DNA of 38,068 nucleotides from Escherichia coli (GTDB lineage Bacteria; Pseudomonadota; Gammaproteobacteria; Enterobacterales; Enterobacteriaceae): NCBI RefSeq assembly GCF_003334385.1, contig NZ_QOWN01000042.1; one strand, 5' to 3'. Shown piece by piece: positions 10,094 to 20,829 of this stretch (position 1 is its first letter; each line of letters starts with the position of its first letter). The notes under the pieces were generated by a model. It saw only the letters and a program-made list of their open reading frames with translations, ran no database searches and was not told where the DNA came from. The position numbers and the translations under genes were made by a program.

Positions 10094-10591
10094 TCAAATA
10101 CATTTGAAATAATCGAAAGGTTCGCGGCAACTATCGCAGCGGTACAATGCTTTGCAGGCCGTGGAACCAAATTCACTGATAAGTGTGGTATGGACGCTGG
10201 CGCAGCGCGGGCAACGTACTTCTGGCGGCAAATGGGCATGGCAACTGTGTCCGGCGGGCGGGCTAATGCCATACTCTCGCAGACGCTCACGGGCATCGGG
10301 GGTCATCCAGTCGGTGGTCCATGCCGGGTCGAGTTGCAGCACAACCTGAACGGGGGTAAACCCGTTGGTTGTCATTGCCTCACGTATCGCGCCAATCAAA
10401 TGTTCCGTTGCCGGACAACCGGAATATGTCGGCGTAAAGCCGATCACCCATCCTTCTCCCATCTGTGTCACATTACGCACCATGCCTAAATCAGTAATGG
10501 TCAGCACCGGGATCTCCGGGTCCGGGATCTGGCTGAGTAGCGCCCATATCTCATGAACCTGTGGCGGTGCAATGGTGGCCAGACGTTGCAT
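10094..10591 (-). CDS. paaD: PaaD, phenylacetyl-CoA epoxidase assembly/maturation subunit
   Basis: ORF 10094..10612; start placed at MQRLATIAPPQVHEIW (165 aa). Confidence 0.8.
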   Translation of the reverse strand: MQRLATIAPPQVHEIWALLSQIPDPEIPVLTITDLGMVRNVTQMGEGWVIGFTPTYSGCPATEHLIGAIREAMTTNGFTPVQVVLQLDPAWTTDWMTPDARERLREYGISPPAGHSCHAHLPPEVRCPRCASVHTTLISEFGSTACKALYRCDSCREPFDYFKCI

Positions 10592-10605
10592 ACCCATCTC
10601 CTCTG

Positions 10606-11352
10606 TTACCATTGCTGACCGGGCAAGACACGCTGGAGATACTGCATTTCTGCCAGCATGGGTCCAAGGTGTTCGGTATGCAGTCCTTTTTTACCGCCAG
10701 TGCGATACGCCTGCTCTTGCGGTACGTTCAATGTGGCTTCGTTGATCCCGGCAAAAACTTCGGCTTCCCACGCTGCGCGTAAAGTGCGTGGATCAACCGC
10801 AATACCCTCTTCACTCAGTGCAATATCAATCTCGTCGGCATCGAACAGTTCGGCGGTAAAACGCCACAACTTGTTGATGGCCTGCTGCATCTTTTGCCCT
10901 GATACGTCAGTACCATTGCCCAGTCGCTCCAGCCAGCCACGACTAAAACGCAGGTGATAGCGCGCTTCTTTAATTGCTTTGGCAGAAATCGCCGCCAGTT
11001 GCGGATCACGGCTTTCCATCAGACGGGTAAAGAGCGCCACATGCCATGCATCGATGAAATACTGGCGTGCAATGGTGTCGGCAAAATTGCCGTTTGGTTG
11101 TTCAACCAACAATAAGTTGCTGAACTGGCGCTCGTCTCGGGTGAAGGCCAGGGTATCTTCATCGCCTTCTCCCGCTAATTCAGCGGCATACGATAAGAAG
11201 TTGCGTGCCTGACCTAATAAATCGAGGCCAATGTTTGCCAGTGCGAGATCGATTTCCAGTTCCGGTGCGTGACCGCACCATTCACCCAACCGCTGGGAGA
11301 GCACCAGGCAGTTATCGCCCAGGCGCAAGGTGTAAGCCGTTAACTGATTCAT
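10606..11352 (-). CDS. paaC: PaaC, phenylacetyl-CoA epoxidase structural subunit
   Basis: ORF 10606..11364; start placed at MNQLTAYTLRL (248 aa). Confidence 0.8.
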   Translation of the reverse strand: MNQLTAYTLRLGDNCLVLSQRLGEWCGHAPELEIDLALANIGLDLLGQARNFLSYAAELAGEGDEDTLAFTRDERQFSNLLLVEQPNGNFADTIARQYFIDAWHVALFTRLMESRDPQLAAISAKAIKEARYHLRFSRGWLERLGNGTDVSGQKMQQAINKLWRFTAELFDADEIDIALSEEGIAVDPRTLRAAWEAEVFAGINEATLNVPQEQAYRTGGKKGLHTEHLGPMLAEMQYLQRVLPGQQW

Positions 11353-11360
11353 TTCCGACC

Positions 11361-11648
11361 TCACATGTGCTCAATGCCATCAGGGATGGTGTAAAACGTT
11401 GGATGGCGATAGACCTTGCTTTCAGCCGGATCAAAAAATTCACCGCGTTCTTCCGGTTGCGAGGCAACAATTTCACTCGCCTTCACCACCCAAATTGAAC
11501 ATCCTTCGCTACGACGGGTGTAAGCATCACGGGCATTTTCCAGTGCCATCCGCTCATCGGCAGCATGTAAACTGCCAACATGGCGGTGTGATAAGCCCTG
11601 TTTGCCACGCACGAAAACTTCGTATAACGGCCAGTAAACATTACTCAT
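11361..11648 (-). CDS. paaB: PaaB, small phenylacetyl-CoA epoxidase subunit
   Basis: 95-aa ORF between paaA and paaC. Confidence 0.85.
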   Translation of the reverse strand: MSNVYWPLYEVFVRGKQGLSHRHVGSLHAADERMALENARDAYTRRSEGCSIWVVKASEIVASQPEERGEFFDPAESKVYRHPTFYTIPDGIEHM

Positions 11649-11659
11649 TTTGAATCTCC

Positions 11660-12589
11660 TTATGCGACCTTACGGGCATGTTGTTTTTGTGCATGGGCCA
11701 GCGCTGCTTCCCGTACCCAGGTACCTTCTTCCCAGGCTTTACGTTTGGCGTCGAGCCTCTCCTGATTACAAATTCCGCGACCGTTAATTACTTCGTTAAA
11801 CTCCTGCCAGTCGATCTCACCAAAGCGGTAGTGACCGCTTTCAGTGTCAAAATGCAGATCCGGGTCAGGAACGGTCATACCGAGCATTTCAACCTGTGGA
11901 ACGGTGTTATCCACGAAACGCTGGCGGAGTTCGTCGTTGGTGAAACGTTTGATTTTCCAGGTGAGACTTCTGGCGCTGTTTGGCGAGTTATCATCGTTTG
12001 GCCCGAACATCATTAAGGCTGGCCACCAGAAACGGTTAATGGCGTCTTGCAACATCTGCTTTTGAGCTTCGCTGCCCTGCGCCAGTGCCATGCAGGCTTC
12101 AAACCCCTGACGCTGGTGAAAACTCTCTTCTTTGCAGATTTTCACCATTGCTCTGGCATACGGGCCATAAGAAGTGCGGCATAACGCCACCTGATTGACG
12201 ATCGCTGCGCCATCCACCAGCCAGCCGATAACACCGATATCAGCCCAACTCAATGTCGGATAATTAAAGATGGAGGAATATTTCATCCGTCCGTCGAGCA
12301 TTTTTTGGTAGATGTCTTCTCTGGCGCAGCCCAGTGTTTCGGCGGCGCTATAGAGATACAGACCATGACCGGCTTCATCCTGCACTTTGGCCAACAGAAT
12401 GGCTTTACGCCGCAAGGTTGGTGCGCGAGTGATCCAGTTACCTTCAGGCAACATACCAACAATCTCGGAGTGCGCATGCTGCCCAATCTGGCGGATCAAT
12501 GTCTTTCGGTAAGCATCGGGCATCCAGTCCTGTGGCTCGATAGCCGTTTCCTGGGCTATCCGTTGCTCAAAGCGTTCTTCTTGGGTCAC
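11660..12589 (-). CDS. paaA: PaaA, catalytic di-iron subunit of phenylacetyl-CoA 1,2-epoxidase
   Basis: 309-aa ORF, first gene of the paaA–K operon, divergent from paaZ. Confidence 0.85.
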   Translation of the reverse strand: MTQEERFEQRIAQETAIEPQDWMPDAYRKTLIRQIGQHAHSEIVGMLPEGNWITRAPTLRRKAILLAKVQDEAGHGLYLYSAAETLGCAREDIYQKMLDGRMKYSSIFNYPTLSWADIGVIGWLVDGAAIVNQVALCRTSYGPYARAMVKICKEESFHQRQGFEACMALAQGSEAQKQMLQDAINRFWWPALMMFGPNDDNSPNSARSLTWKIKRFTNDELRQRFVDNTVPQVEMLGMTVPDPDLHFDTESGHYRFGEIDWQEFNEVINGRGICNQERLDAKRKAWEEGTWVREAALAHAQKQHARKVA

Positions 12590-12630
12590 GTCATCACCTT
12601 TACGATTCCAGTTTTCGTGAATTAATTAAA

Positions 12631-12646
12631 AACACGAATCACATTG
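12631..12646. promoter_or_regulatory. GAATCA-containing motif (cgtgaat ... cacgaatca) in the paaA promoter region; candidate PaaX operator half-sites
   Basis: PaaX operators are reported to contain TGATTC/GAATCA inverted half-sites (from memory); motif seen at 12636..12641. Confidence 0.3.
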
Positions 12647-12818
12647 TTTTATGAAAGTTACACGATAGTTAAGTAAAATCACAAATTTTGTATGTTTGAA
12701 CTGTGACGGATTTCGCACCCTATTTTTATAAATCATTATTTATCAGTGCATTAATGTTTTCCGCAGTTGCTATACAGATCGCATAGTTAACATTTCGTTA
12801 AAAGATCCCTTGCTTTTT

Positions 12819-12830
12819 ATGATTCGCGAT
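12819..12830. promoter_or_regulatory. TGATTCGCGAT motif ~45 bp upstream of the paaZ start; candidate PaaX operator half-site in the paaZ promoter
   Basis: Sequence atgattcgcgat read directly; assignment by analogy with published PaaX boxes. Confidence 0.3.
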
Positions 12831-12873
12831 TTAACTATTAGCAACAGAAATGTGAAACATCTGGAGAGTAGCG

Positions 12874-14919
12874 ATGCAGCAGTTAGCCAGTTTCTTATCC
12901 GGTACCTGGCAGTCTGGCCGGGGCCGTAGCCGTTTGATTCACCACGCTATTAGCGGCGAGGCGTTATGGGAAGTGACCAGTGAAGGTCTTGATATGGCGG
13001 CTGCCCGCCAGTTTGCCATTGAAAAAGGTGCCCCCGCCCTTCGCGCTATGACCTTTATCGAACGTGCGGCGATGCTTAAAGCGGTCGCTAAACATCTGCT
13101 GAGTGAAAAAGAGCGTTTCTATGCTCTTTCTGCGCAAACAGGCGCAACGCGGGCAGACAGTTGGGTTGATATTGAAGGTGGCATTGGGACGTTATTTACT
13201 TACGCCAGCCTCGGTAGCCGGGAGCTGCCTGACGATACGCTGTGGCCGGAAGATGAATTGATCCCCTTATCGAAAGAAGGTGGATTTGCCGCGCGCCATT
13301 TACTGACCTCAAAGTCAGGCGTGGCAGTGCATATTAACGCCTTTAACTTCCCCTGCTGGGGAATGCTGGAAAAGCTGGCACCAACGTGGCTGGGCGGAAT
13401 GCCAGCCATCATCAAACCAGCTACCGCGACGGCCCAACTGACTCAGGCGATGGTGAAATCAATTGTCGATAGTGGTCTTGTTCCCGAAGGCGCAATTAGT
13501 CTGATCTGCGGTAGTGCTGGCGACTTGTTGGATCATCTGGACAGCCAGGATGTGGTGACTTTCACGGGGTCAGCGGCGACCGGACAGATGCTGCGAGTTC
13601 AGCCAAATATCGTCGCCAAATCTATCCCCTTCACTATGGAAGCTGATTCCCTGAACTGCTGCGTACTGGGCGAAGATGTCACCCCGGATCAACCGGAGTT
13701 TGCGCTGTTTATTCGTGAAGTTGTGCGTGAGATGACCACAAAAGCCGGGCAAAAATGTACGGCAATCCGGCGGATTATTGTGCCGCAGGCATTGGTTAAT
13801 GCTGTCAGTGATGCTCTGGTTGCGCGATTACAGAAAGTCGTGGTCGGTGATCCTGCTCAGGAAGGCGTGAAAATGGGCGCACTGGTAAATGCTGAGCAGC
13901 GTGCCGATGTGCAGGAAAAAGTGAACATATTGCTGGCTGCAGGATGCGAGATTCGCCTCGGTGGTCAGGCGGATTTATCTGCTGCGGGTGCCTTCTTCCC
14001 GCCAACCTTATTGTACTGTCCGCAGCCGGATGAAACACCGGCGGTACATGCAACAGAAGCCTTTGGCCCTGTCGCAACGCTGATGCCAGCACAAAACCAG
14101 CGACATGCTCTGCAACTGGCTTGTGCAGGCGGCGGTAGCCTTGCGGGAACGCTGGTGACGGCTGATCCGCAAATTGCGCGTCAGTTTATTGCCGACGCGG
14201 CACGTACGCATGGGCGAATTCAGATCCTCAATGAAGAGTCGGCAAAAGAATCCACCGGGCATGGCTCCCCACTGCCACAACTGGTACATGGTGGGCCTGG
14301 TCGCGCAGGAGGCGGTGAAGAATTAGGCGGTTTACGAGCGGTGAAACATTACATGCAGCGAACCGCTGTTCAGGGTAGTCCGACGATGCTTGCCGCTATC
14401 AGTAAACAGTGGGTGCGCGGTGCGAAAGTCGAAGAAGATCGTATTCATCCGTTCCGCAAATATTTTGAGGAGCTACAACCAGGCGACAGCCTGTTGACTC
14501 CCCGCCGCACAATGACAGAGGCCGATATTGTTAACTTTGCTTGCCTCAGCGGCGATCATTTCTATGCACATATGGATAAGATTGCTGCTGCCGAATCTAT
14601 TTTCGGTGAGCGGGTGGTGCATGGGTATTTTGTGCTTTCTGCGGCTGCGGGTCTGTTTGTCGATGCCGGTGTCGGTCCGGTCATTGCTAACTACGGGCTG
14701 GAAAGCTTGCGTTTTATCGAACCCGTAAAGCCAGGCGATACCATCCAGGTGCGTCTCACCTGTAAGCGCAAGACGCTGAAAAAACAGCGTAGCGCAGAAG
14801 AAAAACCAACAGGTGTGGTGGAATGGGCTGTAGAGGTATTCAATCAGCATCAAACCCCGGTGGCGCTGTATTCAATTCTGACGCTGGTGGCCAGGCAGCA
14901 CGGTGATTTTGTCGATTAA
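12874..14919 (+). CDS. paaZ: PaaZ, bifunctional oxepin-CoA hydrolase / 3-oxo-5,6-dehydrosuberyl-CoA semialdehyde dehydrogenase (N-terminal aldehyde dehydrogenase, C-terminal MaoC hotdog)
   Basis: 681-aa ORF with the expected two-domain architecture, divergent from paaA. Confidence 0.85.
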
Positions 14920-14932
14920 TCGGTGAATGAAG

Positions 14933-14957
14933 GGCAACGGCGAATAGTTGCCCTTTT
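14933..14957 (+). terminator. Rho-independent terminator after paaZ (gggcaac / gttgccc stem then TTTT)
   Basis: Hairpin plus T-run 14 bp after the paaZ stop. Confidence 0.6.
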
Positions 14958-15036
14958 ATTTCACTAAGTTTTGTGACGTTGTCACATTATGCATGATGTG
15001 TACATCTATTTTCAGGGCATCCACTGTATGAAAAGC

Positions 15037-15062
15037 TGGCACACCTGCCAAACAACCTGGCA
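15037..15062 (+). promoter_or_regulatory. Direct TGGCA repeats (TGGCA-N8-AAA-N5-TGGCA) upstream of tynA with a GATAAT -10-like hexamer at 15092..15097; candidate FeaR activator site
   Basis: FeaR (AraC family) is reported to bind TGKCA direct repeats at the tynA and feaB promoters (from memory; exact spacing not verified). Confidence 0.3.
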
Positions 15063-15166
15063 GGTGCAGGCAATCCCCTTTGCATCAGTACTGATAATGT
15101 GAACCTGACTAAACCGCCCACAGAGCGCGGTTGCTAACAAGAACACAACATCTGACGAGGTTAATA

Positions 15167-17440
15167 ATGGGAAGCCCCTCTCTGTATTCTGCCCGTAAAA
15201 CAACCCTGGCGTTGGCAGTCGCCTTAAGTTTCGCCTGGCAAGCGCCGGTATTTGCCCACGGTGGTGAAGCGCATATGGTGCCAATGGATAAAACGCTTAA
15301 AGAATTTGGTGCCGATGTGCAGTGGGACGACTACGCCCAGCTCTTTACCCTGATTAAAGATGGCGCGTACGTGAAAGTGAAGCCTGGTGCGCAAACAGCA
15401 ATTGTTAATGGTCAGCCTCTGGCACTGCAAGTACCGGTAGTGATGAAAGACAATAAAGCCTGGGTTTCTGACACCTTTATTAACGATGTTTTCCAGTCCG
15501 GGCTGGATCAAACCTTTCAGGTAGAAAAGCGCCCTCACCCACTTAATGCGCTAACTGCGGACGAAATTAAACAGGCCGTTGAAATTGTTAAAGCTTCCGC
15601 GGACTTCAAACCCAATACCCGTTTTACTGAGATCTCCCTGCTACCGCCAGATAAAGAAGCTGTCTGGGCGTTTGCGCTGGAAAACAAACCGGTTGACCAG
15701 CCGCGCAAAGCCGACGTCATTATGCTCGACGGCAAACATATCATCGAAGCGGTGGTGGATCTGCAAAACAACAAACTGCTCTCCTGGCAACCCATTAAAG
15801 ACGCCCACGGTATGGTGTTGCTGGATGATTTCGCCAGTGTGCAGAACATTATTAACAACAGTGAAGAATTTGCCGCTGCCGTGAAGAAACGCGGTATTAC
15901 TGATGCGAAAAAAGTGATTACCACGCCGCTGACCGTAGGTTATTTCGATGGTAAAGATGGCCTGAAACAAGATGCCCGGTTGCTCAAAGTCATCAGCTAT
16001 CTTGATGTCGGTGATGGCAACTACTGGGCACATCCCATCGAAAACCTGGTGGCGGTCGTTGATTTAGAACAGAAAAAAATCGTTAAGATTGAAGAAGGTC
16101 CGATAGTTCCGGTGCCAATGACCGCACGCCCATTTGATGGCCGTGACCGCGTTGCTCCGGCAGTTAAGCCTATGCAAATCATTGAGCCTGAAGGTAAAAA
16201 TTACACCATTACTGGCGATATGATTCACTGGCGGAACTGGGATTTTCACCTCAGCATGAACTCTCGCGTCGGGCCGATGATCTCCACCGTGACTTATAAC
16301 GACAATGGCACCAAACGCAAAGTCATGTACGAAGGTTCTCTCGGCGGCATGATTGTGCCTTACGGTGATCCTGATATTGGCTGGTACTTTAAAGCGTATC
16401 TGGACTCTGGTGACTACGGTATGGGCTCGCTAACCTCACCAATTGCTCGTGGTAAAGATGCCCCGTCTAACGCAGTGCTCCTTAATGAAACCATCGCCGA
16501 CTACACTGGCGTGCCGATGGAGATCCCTCGCGCTATCGCGGTATTTGAACGTTATGCCGGGCCGGAGTATAAGCATCAGGAAATGGGCCAGCCCAACGTC
16601 AGGACCGAACGCCGGGAGTTAGTGGTGCGCTGGATCAGTACAGTGGGTAACTATGACTACATTTTTGACTGGATCTTCCATGAAAACGGCACTATTGGCA
16701 TCGATGCCGGTGCTACGGGCATCGAAGCGGTGAAAGGTGTTAAAGCGAAAACCATGCACGATGAGACGGCGAAAGATGACACGCGCTACGGCACGCTTAT
16801 CGATCACAATATCGTGGGTACTACACACCAACATATTTATAATTTCCGCCTCGATCTGGATGTAGATGGCGAGAATAACAGCCTGGTGGCGATGGACCCA
16901 GTGGTAAAACCGAATACTGCCGGTGGCCCACGCACCAGTACCATGCAAGTTAATCAGTACAACATCGGCAATGAACAGGATGCCGCACAGAAATTTGATC
17001 CGGGCACGATTCGTCTGTTGAGTAACCCGAACAAAGAGAACCGCATGGGCAATCCGGTTTCCTATCAAATTATTCCTTATGCAGGTGGTACTCACCCGGT
17101 AGCAAAAGGTGCCCAGTTCGCGCCGGACGAGTGGATCTATCATCGTTTAAGCTTTATGGACAAGCAGCTCTGGGTAACGCGTTATCATCCTGGCGAGCGT
17201 TTCCCGGAAGGCAAATATCCGAACCGTTCTACTCATGACACCGGTCTTGGACAATACAGTAAGGATAACGAGTCGCTGGACAACACCGACGCCGTTGTCT
17301 GGATGACCACCGGCACCACACATGTGGCCCGCGCCGAAGAGTGGCCGATTATGCCGACCGAATGGGTACATACTCTGCTGAAACCATGGAACTTCTTTGA
17401 CGAAACGCCAACGCTAGGGGCGCTGAAGAAAGATAAGTGA
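15167..17440 (+). CDS. tynA: Periplasmic copper/topaquinone primary amine oxidase (phenylethylamine oxidase)
   Basis: ORF 15131..17440 begins at a TTG; start placed at ATG 15167 (MGSPSLYSARKTTLALAVALSFAWQAPVFA signal peptide, GAGG RBS at 15157), giving 757 aa. Confidence 0.85.
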   Translation: MGSPSLYSARKTTLALAVALSFAWQAPVFAHGGEAHMVPMDKTLKEFGADVQWDDYAQLFTLIKDGAYVKVKPGAQTAIVNGQPLALQVPVVMKDNKAWVSDTFINDVFQSGLDQTFQVEKRPHPLNALTADEIKQAVEIVKASADFKPNTRFTEISLLPPDKEAVWAFALENKPVDQPRKADVIMLDGKHIIEAVVDLQNNKLLSWQPIKDAHGMVLLDDFASVQNIINNSEEFAAAVKKRGITDAKKVITTPLTVGYFDGKDGLKQDARLLKVISYLDVGDGNYWAHPIENLVAVVDLEQKKIVKIEEGPIVPVPMTARPFDGRDRVAPAVKPMQIIEPEGKNYTITGDMIHWRNWDFHLSMNSRVGPMISTVTYNDNGTKRKVMYEGSLGGMIVPYGDPDIGWYFKAYLDSGDYGMGSLTSPIARGKDAPSNAVLLNETIADYTGVPMEIPRAIAVFERYAGPEYKHQEMGQPNVRTERRELVVRWISTVGNYDYIFDWIFHENGTIGIDAGATGIEAVKGVKAKTMHDETAKDDTRYGTLIDHNIVGTTHQHIYNFRLDLDVDGENNSLVAMDPVVKPNTAGGPRTSTMQVNQYNIGNEQDAAQKFDPGTIRLLSNPNKENRMGNPVSYQIIPYAGGTHPVAKGAQFAPDEWIYHRLSFMDKQLWVTRYHPGERFPEGKYPNRSTHDTGLGQYSKDNESLDNTDAVVWMTTGTTHVARAEEWPIMPTEWVHTLLKPWNFFDETPTLGALKKDK

Positions 17441-17451
17441 TTGTTTCAGAC

Positions 17452-17479
17452 AAAAAAACGGCACCAGGTGCCGTTTTTT
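17452..17479. terminator. Bidirectional rho-independent terminator between convergent tynA and feaB (A7–cggcacc/ggtgccg–T6)
   Basis: Perfect 7-bp stem flanked by an A-run on one side and a T-run on the other. Confidence 0.75.
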
Positions 17480-17497
17480 ACTTATGAGCGAACCAGA

Positions 17498-18997
17498 TTA
17501 ATACCGTACACACACCGACTTAGTTTCACACCAACCGTCCAGCCAGTCGGGGCCAAAATCACGGCCCGTTCCTGACTGCTTCATCCCACCAAACGGTAAG
17601 TTAGCGTCAATTAAGGTATGGCTGTTTACCCACACCGTCCCTGCCTGTAAGCGATCGCTATATTCCAGAGCCTGGGAGAGATTTTGCGTCCAGACACTGG
17701 CAGTTAAGCCATATTCCGTGTCGTTTGCCAGTTGTAACGCCTCTTCTCCATCCGCTACTCGCACCAGGTTTACCACCGGACCAAACACCTCTTCACGAGT
17801 TAAGCGCAATTTAGCATCGGGATTTACCACCAGCGTTGGCGCAACATAATACCCCTCTCCGGCTGGTCCATTCGACCCGCGAATCAGCTCTGCTTGCTGT
17901 GCCTGCGCATCGTCGAGGAATGAACACACTTTGTCGCAGTGCGCACGAGAAACCAAAGGGTTAATCTGTGCAACAGGTGACATCCCCGGTCCCACTTGCA
18001 ACGATTTTACCGCCTGCTCAAATCCACTAACCAGCGTGTCAAACAACGGCGCTTCAATATAAATTCGCGAACTGGCGGCGCATACTTGCCCTTGATTCAG
18101 GAAGCTTCCGGTCATCAAGCCTTCAATAACCCATTGCGGATCAGCATCTTTTAATACAATTGCCGGGTTTTTACCGCCCAGTTCCAGCGTTACACGCGTT
18201 AAGTGATCAGCAGCAGTTCTGGCAATACCTTTTCCCGTCGCGGTTGAACCGGTAAAACTGATTTTCGCAACATGAGGATGTGACGTCAGGGCCGCGCCGC
18301 ATACAGCACCTGACCCGGTGACGACATTAAAAACGCCATCAGGGATACCAGCCTCGCTGGCCAGTTCCGCCACGCGCAACATCGTCAGTGGCGTGGTTTC
18401 CGAAGGCTTAATCACGATTGAACAGCCTGCTGCCAGTGCTGGCATCACCTTCCACATACCAATCATCAACGGAAAGTTCCATGGCACAATTCCCGCCACT
18501 ACGCCAACCGGCTCTTTACGCGTCCAGGCCTGATAACGCGCCCCCTGGGGTAAGGGAATCGACAAGTCCAGCGTTTTACCCGCGATTTTGGTCGTTAACC
18601 CGGCGGTATAACGCATCCAGTTCAGCGTACAGCCCACTTCAAAAGCACGGGAAATGGCAATTGACTTGCCTTGCTCCAGGGTTTCCAGTTGCGCCAGCTC
18701 CTCACTGTGCTGCTCCACCAGATCAGCAAAACGTAGCAGAATACGTTCACGCTCTGCGGGTAATCGCCCGGCCCAGCGACGCGAGACAAAGGCCCGCCAG
18801 GCAGACATGACTGCGTTATCTACATCCGCTTCGTTGGCATCAGCAGTAGACGCAATTTCTTGCCCGGTGGCCGGATCAAAGATCGCCAACCGTTTTTCAC
18901 TTTGTGCGGGGCCAGGACGACCATCAATATAAAGACCGTGTTGACGATCGAGAAACTGTTGGACCTGGCTTAATACTGCTACATGCGGCTCTGTCAT
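17498..18997 (-). CDS. feaB: Phenylacetaldehyde dehydrogenase (NAD-dependent aldehyde dehydrogenase)
   Basis: ORF 17498..19000 starts MMTEPH; second Met taken as start (499 aa). ALDH catalytic Cys context (GQVCAA) and ELGGKNP motif present. Confidence 0.85.
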
Positions 18998-19079
18998 CAC
19001 TTTTCCTTATTATTTACCCAGTGTGATTTCAGTGTACGCAGCGACAAGAAAAGTCACTTTTTTCGCTGTGACATTCGCT

Positions 19080-19130
19080 TTGTCAGCTGTGACAAGCTCC
19101 GCAAATCGTGACAATAACCGCTTATGTCTC
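19080..19130 (-). promoter_or_regulatory. Cluster of GTGACA/TGTCA repeats upstream of feaB (minus strand); candidate FeaR binding region
   Basis: Repeats ctgtgacattcgctttgtcagctgtgacaagctccgcaaatcgtgacaa read directly; assignment by analogy. Confidence 0.25.
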
Positions 19131-19232
19131 TATGCCTGACAAGACTTATTTCCTATAGTCAGGCTCATTAGCTTCGTTTATTGCAACACAAATGCAACAA
19201 TAAAAATACATTTCACAGAGCGAAAACGTGCC

Positions 19233-20138
19233 ATGAACCCCGCAGTGGATAATGAGTTTCAGCAATGGCTTTCCCAAATCAATCAGGTATGCGGAAATTT
19301 TACCGGACGCCTGCTGACTGAGCGTTACACGGGTGTACTGGACACGCATTTTGCCAAAGGACTAAAGCTGAGTACCGTGACAACCAGCGGGGTGAATTTA
19401 TCCCGCACCTGGCAGGAAGTAAAAGGCAGCGACGATGCCTGGTTTTACACCGTTTTTCAGCTTAGTGGTCAGGCAATAATGGAGCAGGATGAGCGTCAGG
19501 TGCAGATTGGCGCTGGCGATATTACGTTACTCGATGCCTCACGCCCCTGTTCGCTTTACTGGCAGGAGTCTTCTAAACAGATTTCATTACTTTTGCCACG
19601 CACTCTGCTGGAACAATATTTTCCCCATCAAAAACCTGTCTGCGCAGAAAGACTGGACGCTGACTTACCCATGGTGCAACTCAGTCATCGCCTGTTACAG
19701 GAGAGCATGAATAATCCGGCACTTTCTGAAACAGAAAGTAAAGCTGCGCTACAGGCGATGGTGTGTCTGCTGCGCCCGGTACTTCATCAGCGGGAATCTG
19801 TTCAACCTCGTCGTGAACGTCAGTTTCAAAAAGTGGTTACGTTGATAGACGATAATATTCGCGAAGAGATATTACGCCCGGAGTGGATAGCCGGAGAGAC
19901 AGGTATGTCAGTACGTAGTTTGTACCGAATGTTTGCCGATAAAGGTTTGGTAGTCGCGCAATATATTCGTAACCGTCGTCTCGATTTTTGTGCAGATGCG
20001 ATTCGCCATGCCGCAGATGATGAAAAACTGGCAGGCATCGGCTTTCATTGGGGATTTTCTGACCAGAGTCATTTTTCAACGGTATTTAAGCAACGCTTTG
20101 GGATGACGCCAGGCGAGTATCGACGTAAATTCCGCTAA
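19233..20138 (+). CDS. feaR: AraC-family transcriptional activator of tynA/feaB
   Basis: 301-aa ORF with C-terminal AraC-type HTH, divergent from feaB. Confidence 0.85.
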   Translation: MNPAVDNEFQQWLSQINQVCGNFTGRLLTERYTGVLDTHFAKGLKLSTVTTSGVNLSRTWQEVKGSDDAWFYTVFQLSGQAIMEQDERQVQIGAGDITLLDASRPCSLYWQESSKQISLLLPRTLLEQYFPHQKPVCAERLDADLPMVQLSHRLLQESMNNPALSETESKAALQAMVCLLRPVLHQRESVQPRRERQFQKVVTLIDDNIREEILRPEWIAGETGMSVRSLYRMFADKGLVVAQYIRNRRLDFCADAIRHAADDEKLAGIGFHWGFSDQSHFSTVFKQRFGMTPGEYRRKFR

Positions 20139-20173
20139 CTAATTGGCGTTGCATGTACTGCAACGCCAATTAG
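20139..20173. terminator. Perfect 15-bp inverted repeat (ctaattggcgttgca-tgtac-tgcaacgccaattag) immediately after the feaR stop, between convergent feaR and ydbL; probable bidirectional terminator
   Basis: Palindrome read directly. Confidence 0.5.
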
Positions 20174-20309
20174 TTAAAACAGATATTTGACTATGCATTT
20201 TTCAGGGCAAAAGGCAATTTGACAGGAGTTTTTGAATATTCACCTTGTTTCAGGAAAATAGATCAATCGCCTTCTCCTGTAGCGTTATCCCGATATTGCG
20301 GTTTTGCTA

Positions 20310-20636
20310 TTAAAATTTTCGCACCCATTTACCGTTTATCCCTTGTACATATTCCCCCGGTTTGGCCCGAGCTACGAGCTTTTGCCCGGCGAGTTTCGCG
20401 ATATCATCTACCGACACATTATTTTGCTTTGCCAGTTGTTGGTAACTCGCTTTACGTTCGGCATTAATGTCGGCTACTAATTTCTCTGTTTCAGCATCCG
20501 TTTTCAGCGCAACCAGATAACCGTAAAATGTTTCACCTACCCGCCCCTGAGTTCTGGCTTCATCCAGAGTCAATGCCATTACATTGCTGCTTACCAGCCC
20601 AACAAGAAACGCACAAAGAAGTAATGTTTTCTTCAT
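20310..20636 (-). CDS. ydbL: Small secreted DUF1318-type protein
   Basis: ORF 20310..20717; start placed at MKKTLLLCAFLVGLVSSNVMA signal peptide (108 aa); follows ynbE. Confidence 0.75.
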   Translation of the reverse strand: MKKTLLLCAFLVGLVSSNVMALTLDEARTQGRVGETFYGYLVALKTDAETEKLVADINAERKASYQQLAKQNNVSVDDIAKLAGQKLVARAKPGEYVQGINGKWVRKF

Positions 20637-20643
20637 CATCACC

Positions 20644-20829
20644 TCAGAAAAGATCGCTACGAGTTTCAAGCAGCTCTTCGACATCTTTGTCTGCCTTGAT
20701 GATGATCTCATGCTCAATTTTAACGTTCATATTGATAGTGATCGGTTCCTTAGGTGCAGCGACTTCAATGCGAGGCGTACAGCCAACCAGCATAAAAGAT
20801 GACGTCAACGCAGCCAGTAAAATTTTCAT
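20644..20829 (-). CDS. ynbE: Small lipoprotein (lipobox LVGC)
   Basis: 61-aa ORF MKILLAALTSSFMLVGC..., overlapping the ydbH stop. Confidence 0.8.
   Translation of the reverse strand: MKILLAALTSSFMLVGCTPRIEVAAPKEPITINMNVKIEHEIIIKADKDVEELLETRSDLF

Noticed and set aside
14473-14853. 126-aa minus-strand ORF inside paaZ, and similar antisense ORFs inside ydbH, ydbK, tynA and paaK
   Set aside because: Each lies wholly within a well-supported long gene on the opposite strand, with no independent start signals; treated as chance antisense ORFs.
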